From the NCBI GenBank assembly GCA_964057225.1, contig OZ059899.1, forward strand, positions 20,212,001-20,276,000: a stretch of DNA of 64,000 nucleotides. Direction: 5' to 3'. The notes beneath the pieces are model-generated. The model ran no database searches. It was given only the letters and a program-made list of their open reading frames with translations, and had not been told where the DNA came from. The first letter of the stretch is position 1; each line of letters starts with the position of its first letter. Of the stretch, positions 1-12,500 are shown in pieces. The translations under genes and the position numbers were made by a program. The stretch is from Auanema rhodensis. Its lineage: Eukaryota > Animalia > Nematoda.

Positions 1-1056
1 AATGTACACGTGGTGTGCACTCGGTATGTAACTCGCTTCACGTGAAAGATAAAGAGATGCGGTTTCCAAAATTAGATTCCCCATGTCCATATTAGTCTAA
101 AATCAAATTTTTATTGATATTGGTGCATGGTAACCATGACTTTGAATTTTACGTGAACTTTAATTTATGCTAATTAAACGTACACGTGGTGTGCACTCGG
201 TATGTAACTCGCTTCACGTGAAAGATAAAGAGATGCGGTTTTCAAAATTAGATTCCCCATGTCCATATTAGTCTAAAAACAAAATTTTATTGATATTGGT
301 GCATGGTAACCATGACTTTGAAATTTACGTGAACTTTAATTTATGCTACATAAATGTACACGTGATGTGCACTTGGTATGTAACTCGCTTCACGTGAAAG
401 ATAAAAAGATGCGGTTTTTAAAATTAGATTCCCCATGTCCATATTAGTCTAAAAACAATTTTTTACTGATATTGGTGCATGGTAACCATGACTTTGAAAT
501 TTACGTGAACTTTAATTTATGCTAATTAAACGTACACGTGGTGTGCACTCGGTATGTAACTCGCTTCACGTGTAAGATAAAGAGATGCGGTTTTCAAAAT
601 TAGATTCCCCATGTCCATATTAGTCTAAAAACAAATTTTTATTGATATTGGTGCATGGTAACCATGACTTTGAAATTTACGTGAACTTTAATTTATGCTA
701 ATTAAACGTACACGTGGTGTGCACTCGGTATGTAACTCGCTTCACGTGTAAGATAAAGAGATGCGGTTTTCAAAATTAGATTCCTCATGTCCATATTAGT
801 CTAAAAACAAATTTTTATTGATATTGGTGCATGGTAACCATGATTTTGAAATTTACGTGAACTTTAATTTATGCTGATTAAATGTACACGTGGTGTGCAC
901 TCGGTATGTAACTCGCTTCACGTGAAAGATAAAGAGATGCAGTTATCAAAATTAGATTCCCCATGTCCATATTAGTCTAAAAACAAATTTTTCTTGATAT
1001 TGGTGCATGGTAACCATGACTTTGAAATTTACGTGAACTTTAATTTATGCTAATTA

Positions 1057-2816
1057 AACGTACACGTGTTGTGCACTCGGTATGTAACTCGCTTCACGTG
1101 GAAGATAAAAAGATGCGGTTTTCAAAATTAGATTCCCCATGTCCATATTAGTCTAAAAACAATTTTTTACTGATATTGGTGCATGGTAACCATGATTTTG
1201 AAATTTACGTGAACTTTAATTTATGCTACATAAATGTACACGTGATGTGCACTTGGTATGTAACTCGCTTCACGTGAAAGATAAGAAGATGCGGTTTTTA
1301 AAATTAGATTCCCCATGTCCATATTAGTCTAAAAACAAATTTTTATTGATATTGGTGCATGGTAACCATGACTTTGAATTTTACGTGAACTTTAATTTAT
1401 GCTAATTAAATGTACACGTGATGTGCACTTGGTATGTAACTCGCTTCACGTGAAAGATAAAAAGATGCGGTTTTTAAAATTAGATTCCCCATGTCCATAT
1501 TAGTCTAAAAACAATTTTTTACTGATATTGGTGCATGGTAACCATGACTTTGAAATTTACGTGAACTTTTATTTATGCTAATTAAACGTACACGTGGTGT
1601 GCACTCGGTATGTAACTCGCTTCACGTGAAAGATAAAGAGATGCGGTTTTTAAAATTAGATTTCCCATGTCCATATTAGTCTAAAAACAATTTTTTACTG
1701 ATATTGGTGCATGGTAACCATGATTTTGAAATTTACGTGAACTTTAATTTATGCTAATTAAACGTACACGTGTTGTGCACTCGGTATGTAACTCGCTTCA
1801 CGTGGAAGATAAAAAGATGCGGTTTTCAAAATTAGATTCCCCATGTCCATATTAGTCTAAAAACAATTTTTTACTGATATTGGTGCATGGTAACCATGAT
1901 TTTGAAATTTACGTGAACTTTAATTTATGCTACATAAATGTACACGTGATGTGCACTTGGTATGTAACTCGCTTCACGTGAAAGATAAAAAGATGCGGTT
2001 TTTAAAATTAGATTCCCCATGTCCATATTAGTCTAAAAACAAATTTTTATTGATATTGGTGCATGGTAACCATGACTTTGAATTTTACGTGAACTTTAAT
2101 TTATGCTAATTAAATGTACACGTGATGTGCACTTGGTATGTAACTCGCTTCACGTGAAAGATAAAAAGATGCGGTTTTTAAAATTAGATTCCCCATGTCC
2201 ATATTAGTCTAAAAACAATTTTTTACTGATATTGGTGCATGGTAACCATGACTTTGAAATTTACGTGAACTTTTATTTATGCTAATTAAACGTACACGTG
2301 GTGTGCACTCGGTATGTAACTCGCTTCACGTGAAAGATGAAGAGATGCGGTTTTTAAAATTAGATTCCCCATGTCCATATTAGTCTAAAAACAATTTTTT
2401 ACTGATATTGGTGCATGGTAACCATGATTTTGAAATTTACGTGAACTTTAATTTATGCTAATTAAACGTACACGTGTTGTGCACTCGGTATGTAACTCGC
2501 TTCACGTGGAAGATAAAAAGATGCGGTTTTCAAAATTAGATTCCCCATGTCCATATTAGTCTAAAAACAATTTTTTACTGATATTGGTGCATGGTAACCA
2601 TGATTTTGAAATTTACGTGAACTTTAATTTATGCTACATAAATGTACACGTGATGTGCACTTGGTATGTAACTCGCTTCACGTGAAAGATAAAAAGATGC
2701 CGTTTTTAAAATTAGATTCCCCATGTCCATATTAGTCTAAAAACAAATTTTTTTTTGATATTGGTGCATGGTAACCATGACTTTGAAATTTACGTGAACT
2801 TTAATTTATGCTAATT
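1057..2816. repeat. 4-monomer (704 bp) higher-order repeat, about 2.5 copies
   Basis: The monomer carrying GTGTTGTGCAC plus CACGTGGAAG starts at 1057, 1761 and 2465, with the same following monomers. Confidence 0.85.
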
Positions 2817-4577
2817 AAACGTACACGTGGTGTGCACTCGGTATGTAACTCGCTTCACGTGTAAGATAAAGAGATGCGGTTTTCAAAATTAGATTACTCA
2901 TGTCCATATTAGTCTAAAAACAAATTTTTATTGATATTGGTGCATGGTAACCATGACTTTGAAATTTACGTGAACTTTAATTTATGCTAATTAAACGTAC
3001 ACGTGGTGTGCACTCGGTATGTAACTCGCTTCACGTGTAAGATAAAGAGATGCGGTTTTCAAAATTAGATTCCCCATGTCCATATTAGTCTAAAAACAAA
3101 TTTTTATTGATATTGGTGCATGGTAACCATGATTTTGAAATTTACGTGAACTTTAATTCATGCTAATTAAATGTACACGTGGTGTGGACTCGGTATGTAA
3201 CTCGCTTCACGTGAAAGATAAAGAGATGCAGTTATCAAAATTAGATTCCCCACGTCCATATTAGTCTAAAAACAATTTTTTACTGATATTGGTGCATGGT
3301 AACCATGATTTTGAAATTTACGTGGACTTTTATTTATGCTAATTAAACGTACACGTGATGTGCACTTGGTATGTAACTCGCTTCACGTGAAAGATGAAGA
3401 GATGCGGTTTTTAAAATTAGATTCCCCATGTCCATATTAGTCTAAAAACAATTTTTTACTGATATTGGTGCATGGTAACCATGATTTTGAAATTTACGTA
3501 AACTTTAATTTAAGCTAATCAAACGTACACGTGGTGTGCTCTCGGTATGTAACTCGCTTCACGCGAAAGATAAAGAGATGCGGTTTTCAAAATTAGATTC
3601 CCCATGTCCATATTAGTCTAAAAACAAATTTTTATTGATATTGGTGCATGGTAACCATGACTTTGAAATTTACGTGAACTTTAATTTATGATAATTAAAC
3701 GTACACGTGGTGTGCACTCGGTATGTAACTCGCTTCACGTGAAAGATAAAGAGATGCGGTTTTCAAAATTAGATTCCCCATGTCCATATTAGTCTAAAAA
3801 CAAATTTTTTTTGATATTGGTGCATGGTAACCATGATTTTGAAATTTACGTGAACTTTAATTTATGCTAATTAAATGTACACGTGGTGTGCACTCGGTAT
3901 GTAACTCGCTTCACGTGAAAGATAAAGAGATGCGGTTTCCAAAATTAGATTCCCCATGTCCATATTAGTCTAAAATCAAATTTTTATTGATATTGATGCA
4001 TGGTAACCATGACTTTGAATTTTACGTGAACTTTAATTTATGCTAATTAAACGTACACGTGGTGTGCACTCGGTATGTAACTCGCTTCACGTGAAAGATA
4101 AAGAGATGCGGTTTTCAAAATTAGATTCCCCATGTCCATATTAGTCTAAAAACAAATTTTTATTGATATTGGTGCATGGTAACCATGACTTTGAAATTTA
4201 CGTGAACTTTAATTTATGCTACATAAATGTACACGTGATGTGCACTTGGTATGTAACTCGCTTCACGTGAAAGATAAAAAGATGCGGTTTTTAAAATTAG
4301 ATTCCCCATGTCCATATTAGTCTAAAAACAATTTTTTACTGATATTGGTGCATGGTAACCATGACTTTGAAATTTACGTGAACTTTAATTTATGCTAATT
4401 AAACGTACACGTGGTGTGCACTCGGTATGTAACTCGCTTCACGTGTAAGATAAAGAGATGCGGTTTTCAAAATTAGATTCCCCATGTCCATATTAGTCTA
4501 AAAACAAATTTTTATTGATATTGGTGCATGGTAACCATGACTTTGAAATTTACGTGAACTTTAATTTATGCTAATTA

Positions 4578-7393
4578 AACGTACACGTGGTGTGCACTCG
4601 GTATGTAACTCGCTTCACGTGTAAGATAAAGAGATGCGGTTTTCAAAATTAGATTCCTCATGTCCATATTAGTCTAAAAACAAATTTTTATTGATATTGG
4701 TGCATGGTAACCATGATTTTGAAATTTACGTGAACTTTAATTTATGCTGATTAAATGTACACGTGGTGTGCACTCGGTATGTAACTCGCTTCACGTGAAA
4801 GATAAAGAGATGCAGTTATCAAAATTAGATTCCCCATGTCCATATTAGTCTAAAAACAAATTTTTCTTGATATTGGTGCATGGTAACCATGACTTTGAAA
4901 TTTACGTGAACTTTAATTTATGCTAATTAAACGTACACGTGTTGTGCACTCGGTATGTAACTCGCTTCACGTGGAAGATAAAAATATGCGGTTTTCAAAA
5001 TTAGATTCCCCATGTCCATATTAGTCTAAAAACAATTTTTTACTGATATTGGTGCATGGTAACCATGATTTTGAAATTTACGTGAACTTTAATTTATGCT
5101 ACATAAATGTACACGTGATGTGCACTTGGTATGTAACTCGCTTCACGTGAAAGATAAAAAGATGCGGTTTTTAAAATTAGATTCCCCATGTCCATATTAG
5201 TCTAAAAACAAATTTTTATTGATATTGGTGCATGGTAACCATGACTTTGAAATTTACGTGAACTTTAATTTATGCTAATTAAACGTACACGTGGTGTGCA
5301 CTCGGTATGTAACTCGCTTCACGTGTAAGATAAAGAGATGCGGTTTTCAAAATTAGATTCCTCATGTCCATATTAGTCTAAAAACAAATTTTTATTGATA
5401 TTGGTGCATGGTAACCATGATTTTGAAATTTACGTGAACTTTAATTTATGCTGATTAAATGTACACGTGGTGTGCACTCGGTATGTAACTCGCTTCACGT
5501 GAAAGATAAAGAGATGCAGTTATCAAAATTAGATTCCCCATGTCCATATTAGTCTAAAAACAAATTTTTCTTGATATTGGTGCATGGTAACCATGACTTT
5601 GAAATTTACGTGAACTTTAATTTATGCTAATTAAACGTACACGTGTTGTGCACTCGGTATGTAACTCGCTTCACGTGGAAGATAAAAATATGCGGTTTTC
5701 AAAATTAGATTCCCCATGTCCATATTAGTCTAAAAACAATTTTTTACTGATATTGGTGCATGGTAACCATGATTTTGAAATTTACGTGAACTTTAATTTA
5801 TGCTACATAAATGTACACGTGATGTGCACTTGGTATGTAACTCGCTTCACGTGAAAGATAAAAAGATGCGGTTTTTAAAATTAGATTCCCCATGTCCATA
5901 TTAGTCTAAAAACAAATTTTTATTGATATTGGTGCATGGTAACCATGACTTTGAATTTTACGTGAACTTTAATTTATGCTAATTAAATGTACACGTGATG
6001 TGCACTTGGTATGTAACTCGCTTCACGTGAAAGATAAAAAGATGCGGTTTTTAAAATTAGATTCCCCATGTCCATATTAGTCTAAAAACAATTTTTTACT
6101 GATATTGGTGCATGGTAACCATGACTTTGAAATTTACGTGAACTTTTATTTATGCTAATTAAACGTACACGTGGTGTGCACTCGGTATGTAACTCGCTTC
6201 ACGTGAAAGATAAAGAGATGCGGTTTTTAAAATTAGATTCCCCATGTCCATATTAGTCTAAAAACAATTTTTTACTGATATTGGTGCATGGTAACCATGA
6301 TTTTGAAATTTACGTGAACTTTAATTTATGCTAATTAAACGTACACGTGTTGTGCACTCGGTATGTAACTCGCTTCACGTGGAAGATAAAAAGATGCGGT
6401 TTTCAAAATTAGATTCCCCATGTCCATATTAGTCTAAAAACAATTTTTTACTGATATTGGTGCATGGTAACCATGATTTTGAAATTTACGTGAACTTTAA
6501 TTTATGCTACATAAATGTACACGTGATGTGCACTTGGTATGTAACTCGCTTCACGTGAAAGATAAAAAGATGCGGTTTTTAAAATTAGATTCCCCATGTC
6601 CATATTAGTCTAAAAACAAATTTTTATTGATATTGGTGCATGGTAACCATGACTTTGAATTTTACGTGAACTTTAATTTATGCTAATTAAATGTACACGT
6701 GATGTGCACTTGGTATGTAACTCGCTTCACGTGAAAGATAAAAAGATGCGGTTTTTAAAATTAGATTCCCCATGTCCATATTAGTCTAAAAACAATTTTT
6801 TACTGATATTGGTGCATGGTAACCATGACTTTGAAATTTACGTGAACTTTTATTTATGCTAATTAAACGTACACGTGGTGTGCACTCGGTATGTAACTCG
6901 CTTCACGTGAAAGATAAAGAGATGCGGTTTTTAAAATTAGATTCCCCATGTCCATATTAGTCTAAAAACAATTTTTTACTGATATTGGTGCATGGTAACC
7001 ATGATTTTGAAATTTACGTGAACTTTAATTTATGCTAATTAAACGTACAAGTGTTGTGCACTCGGTATGTAACTCGCTTCACGTGGAAGATAAAAAGATG
7101 CGGTTTTCAAAATTAGATTCCCCATGTCCATATTAGTCTAAAAACAATTTTTTACTGATATTGGTGCATGGTAACCATGATTTTGAAATTTACGTGAACT
7201 TTAATTTATGCTACATAAATGTACACGTGATGTGCACTTGGTATGTAACTCGCTTCACGTGAAAGATAAAAAGATGCGGTTTTTAAAATTAGATTCCCCA
7301 TGTCCATATTAGTCTAAAAACAAATTTTTATTGATATTGGTGCATGGTAACCATGATTTTGAAATTTACGTGAACTTTAATTTATGCTAATTA
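4578..7393. repeat. 4-monomer (704 bp) higher-order repeat, second cluster
   Basis: The GTTGTGCAC/GTGGAAG monomer starts at 4930, 5634, 6338 and 7042. The private variant AAAATATGCG occurs at 4985 and 5689 (offset 704). Confidence 0.85.
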
Positions 7394-7745
7394 AATGTAC
7401 ACGTGGTGTGCACTCGGTATGTAACTCGCTTCACGTGAAAGATAAAGAGATGCGGTTTTCAAAATTAGATTCCCCGTGTCCATATTAGTCTAAAAACAAA
7501 TTTTTATTGATATTGGTGCATGGTAACCATGACTTTGAATTTTACGTGAACTTTAATTTATGCTAATTAAACGTACACGTGGTGTGCACTCGGTATGTAA
7601 CTCGCTTCACGTGAAAGATAAAGAGATGCGGTTTTCAAAATTAGATTCCCCATGTCCATATTAGTCTAAAAACAAATTTTTATTGATATTGGTGCATGGT
7701 AACCATGACTTTGAAATTTACGTGAACTTTAATTCATGCTACATA

Positions 7746-9505
7746 AATGTACACGTGATGTGCACTTGGTATGTAACTCGCTTCACGTGAAAGATAAAAA
7801 GATGCGGTTTTTAAAATTAGATTCCCCATGTCCATATTAGTCTAAAAACAATTTTTTACTGATATTGGTGCATGGTAACCATGACTTTGAAATTTACGTG
7901 AACTTTTATTTATGCTAATTAAACGTACACGTGGTGTGCACTCGGTATGTAACTCGCTTCACGTGAAAGATAAAGAGATGCGGTTTTTAAAATTAGATTC
8001 CCCATGTCCATATTAGTCTAAAAACAATTTTTTACTGATATTGGTGCATGGTAACCATGATTTTGAAATTTACGTGAACTTTAATTTATGCTAATTAAAC
8101 GTACACGTGGTGTGCACTCGGTATGTAACTCGCTTCACGTGAAAGATAAAGAGATGCGGTTTTTAAAATTAGATTCCCCATGTCCATATTAGTCTAAAAA
8201 CAATTTTTTACTGATATTGGTGCATGGTAACCATGATTTTGAAATTTACGTGAACTTTAATTTATGCTAATTAAACGTACACGTGGTGTGCACTCGGTAT
8301 GTAACTCGCTTCACGTGAAAGATAAAGAGATGCGGTTTTCAAAATTCGATTCCCCATGTCCATATTAGTCTAAAAACAAATTTTTATTGATATTGGTGCA
8401 TGGTAACCATGACTTTGAAATTTACGTGAACTTTAATTTATGCTAATTAAATGTACACGTGGTGTGCACTCGGTATGTAACTCGCTTCACGTGAAAGATA
8501 AAGAGATGCGGTTATCAAAATTAGATTTCCCATGTCCATATTAGTCTAAAAACAAATTTTTATTGATATTGGTGCATGGTAACCATGACTTTGAATTTTA
8601 CGTGAACTTTAATTTATGCTAATTAAATGTACACGTGATGTGCACTTGGTATGTAACTCGCTTCACGTGAAAGATAAAAAGATGCGGTTTTTAAAATTAG
8701 ATTCCCCATGTCCATATTAGTCTAAAAACAATTTTTTACTGATATTGGTGCATGGTAACCATGACTTTGAAATTTACGTGAACTTTTATTTATGCTAATT
8801 AAACGTACACGTGGTGTGCACTCGGTATGTAACTCGCTTCACGTGAAAGATAAAGAGATGCGGTTTTTAAAATTAGATTCCCCATGTCCATATTAGTCTA
8901 AAAACAATTTTTTACTGATATTGGTGCATGGTAACCATGATTTTGAAATTTACGTGAACTTTAATTTATGCTAATTAAACGTACACGTGGTGTGCACTCG
9001 GTATGTAACTCGCTTCACGTGAAAGATAAAGAGATGCGGTTTTTAAAATTAGATTCCCCATGTCCATATTAGTCTAAAAACAATTTTTTACTGATATTGG
9101 TGCATGGTAACCATGATTTTGAAATTTACGTGAACTTTAATTTATGCTAATTAAACGTACACGTGGTGTGCACTCGGTATGTAACTCGCTTCACGTGAAA
9201 GATAAAGAGATGCGGTTTTCAAAATTAGATTCCCCATGTCCATATTAGTCTAAAAACAAATTTTTATTGATATTGGTGCATGGTAACCATGACTTTGAAA
9301 TTTACGTGAACTTTAATTTATGCTAATTAAATGTACACGTGGTGTGCACTCGGTATGTAACTCGCTTCACGTGAAAGATAAAGAGATGCGGTTATCAAAA
9401 TTAGATTTCCCATGTCCATATTAGTCTAAAAACAAATTTTTATTGATATTGGTGCATGGTAACCATGACTTTGAATTTTACGTGAACTTTAATTTATGCT
9501 AATTA
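7746..9505. repeat. 5-monomer (880 bp) tandem duplication
   Basis: GTTATCAAAATTAGATTTCC occurs at 8511 and 9391, with a matching order of flanking monomer variants. Confidence 0.8.
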
Positions 9506-12500
9506 AATGTACACGTGATGTGCACTTGGTATGTAACTCGCTTCACGTGAAAGATAAAAAGATGCGGTTTTTAAAATTAGATTTCCCATGTCCATATTAG
9601 TCTAAAAACAAATTTTTATTGATATTGGTGCATGGTAACCATGACTTTGAATTTTACGTGAACTTTAATTTATGCTAATTAAATGTACACGTGATGTGCA
9701 CTTGGTATGTAACTCGCTTCACGTGAAAGATAAAAAGATGCGGTTTTTAAAATTAGATTCCCCATGTCCATATTAGTCTAAAAACAATTTTTTACTGATA
9801 TTGGTGCATGGTAACCATGACTTTGAAATTTACGTGAACTTTTATTTATGCTAATTAAACGTACACGTGGTGTGCACTCGGTATGTAACTCGCTTCACGT
9901 GAAAGATAAAGAGATGCGGTTTTTAAAATTAGATTCCCCATGTCCATATTAGTCTAAAAACAATTTTTTACTGATATTGGTGCATGGTAACCATGACTTT
10001 GAACTTTACGTGAACTTTTATTTATGCTACATAAATGTACACGTGATGTGCACTTGGTATGTAACTCGCTTCACGTGAAAGATAAAAAGATGCGGTTTTT
10101 AAAATTAGATTCCCCATGTCCATATTAGTCTAAAAACAATTTTTTACTGATATTGGTGCATGGTAACCATGACTTTGAACTTTACGTGAACTTTTATTTA
10201 TGCTAATTAAACGTACACGTGGTGTGCACTCGGTATGTAACTCGCTTCACGTGAAAGATAAAGAGATGCGGTTTTTAAAATTAGATTCCCCATGTCCATA
10301 TTAGTCTAAAAACAATTTTTTACTGATATTGGTGCATGGTAACCATGATTTTGAAATTTACGTGAACTTTTATTTATGCTAATTAAACGTACACGTGGTG
10401 TGCACTCGGTATGTAACTCGCTTCACGTGAAAGATAAAGAGATGCGGTTTTTAAAATTAGATTCCCCATGTCCATATTAGTCTAAAAACAATTTTTTACT
10501 GATATTGGTGCATGGTAACCATGATTTTGAAATTTACGTGAACTTTAATTTATGCTAATTAAACGTACACGTGATGTGCACTTGGTATGTAACTCGCTTC
10601 ACGTGAAAGATAAAGAGATGCGGTTTTTAAAATTAGATTCCCCATGTCCATATTAGTCTAAAAACAAATTTTTATTGATATTGGTGCATGGTAACCATGA
10701 CTTTGAACTTTACGTGAACTTTTATTTATGCTAATTAAACGTACACGTGGTGTGCACTCGGTATGTAACTCGCTTCACGTGAAAGATAAAGAGATGCGGT
10801 TTTTAAAATTAGATTCCCCATGTCCATATTAGTCTAAAAACAAATTTTTATTGATATTGGTGCATGGTAACCATGACTTTGAACTTTACGTGAACTTTAA
10901 TTTATGCTAATTAAACGTACACGTGGTGTGCACTCGGTATGTAACTCGCTTCACGTGTAAGATAAAGAGATGCGGTTTTCAAAATTAGATTCCCCATGTC
11001 CATATTAGTCTAAAAACAATTTTTTACTGATATTGGTGCATGGTAACCATGACTTTGAAATTTACGTGAACTTTTATTTATGCTAATTAAACGTACACGT
11101 GGTGTGCACTCGGTATGTAACTCGCTTCACGTGAAAGATAAAGAGATGCGGTTTTTAAAATTAGATTCCCCATGTCCATATTAGTCTAAAAACAATTTTT
11201 TACTGATATTGGTGCATGGTAACCATGACTTTGAACTTTACGTGAACTTTTATTTATGCTACATAAATGTACACGTGATGTGCACTTGGTATGTAACTCG
11301 CTTCACGTGAAAGATAAAAAGATGCGGTTTTTAAAATTAGATTCCCCATGTTCATATTAGTCTAAAAACAAATTTTTATTGATATTGGTGCATGGTAACC
11401 ATGACTTTGAAATTTACGTGAACTTTAATTTATGCTAATTAAACGTACACGTGGTGTGCACTCGGTATGTAACTCGCTTCACGTGTAAGATAAAGAGATG
11501 CGGTTTTCAAAATTAGATTCCCCATGTCCATATTAGTCTAAAAACAATTTTTTACTGATATTGGTGCATGGTAACCATGACTTTGAAATTTACGTGAACT
11601 TTTATTTATGCTAATTAAACGTACACGTGGTGTGCACTCGGTATGTAACTCGCTTCACGTGAAAGATAAAGAGATGCGGTTTTTAAAATTAGATTCCCCA
11701 TGTCCATATTAGTCTAAAAACAATTTTTTACTGATATTGGTGCATGGTAACCATGACTTTGAACTTTACGTGAACTTTTATTTATGCTACATAAATGTAC
11801 ACGTGATGTGCACTTGGTATGTAACTCGCTTCACGTGAAAGATAAAAAGATGCGGTTTTTAAAATTAGATTCCCCATGTCCATATTAGTCTAAAAACAAT
11901 TTTTTACTGATATTGGTGCATGGTAACCATGACTTTGAACTTTACGTGAACTTTTATTTATGCTAATTAAACGTACACGTGGTGTGCACTCGGTATGTAA
12001 CTCGCTTCACGTGAAAGATAAAGAGATGCGGTTTTTAAAATTAGATTCCCCATGTCCATATTAGTCTAAAAACAAATTTTTATTGATATTGGTGCATGGT
12101 AACCATGACTTTGAACTTTACGTGAACTTTAATTTATGCTAATTAAACGTACACGTGGTGTGCACTCGGTATGTAACTCGCTTCACGTGTAAGATAAAGA
12201 GATGCGGTTTTCAAAATTAGATTCCCCATGTCCATATTAGTCTAAAAACAATTTTTTACTGATATTGGTGCATGGTAACCATGACTTTGAAATTTACGTG
12301 AACTTTTATTTATGCTAATTAAACGTACACGTGGTGTGCACTCGGTATGTAACTCGCTTCACGTGAAAGATAAAGAGATGCGGTTTTTAAAATTAGATTC
12401 CCCATGTCCATATTAGTCTAAAAACAATTTTTTACTGATATTGGTGCATGGTAACCATGACTTTGAACTTTACGTGAACTTTTATTTATGCTACATAAAT

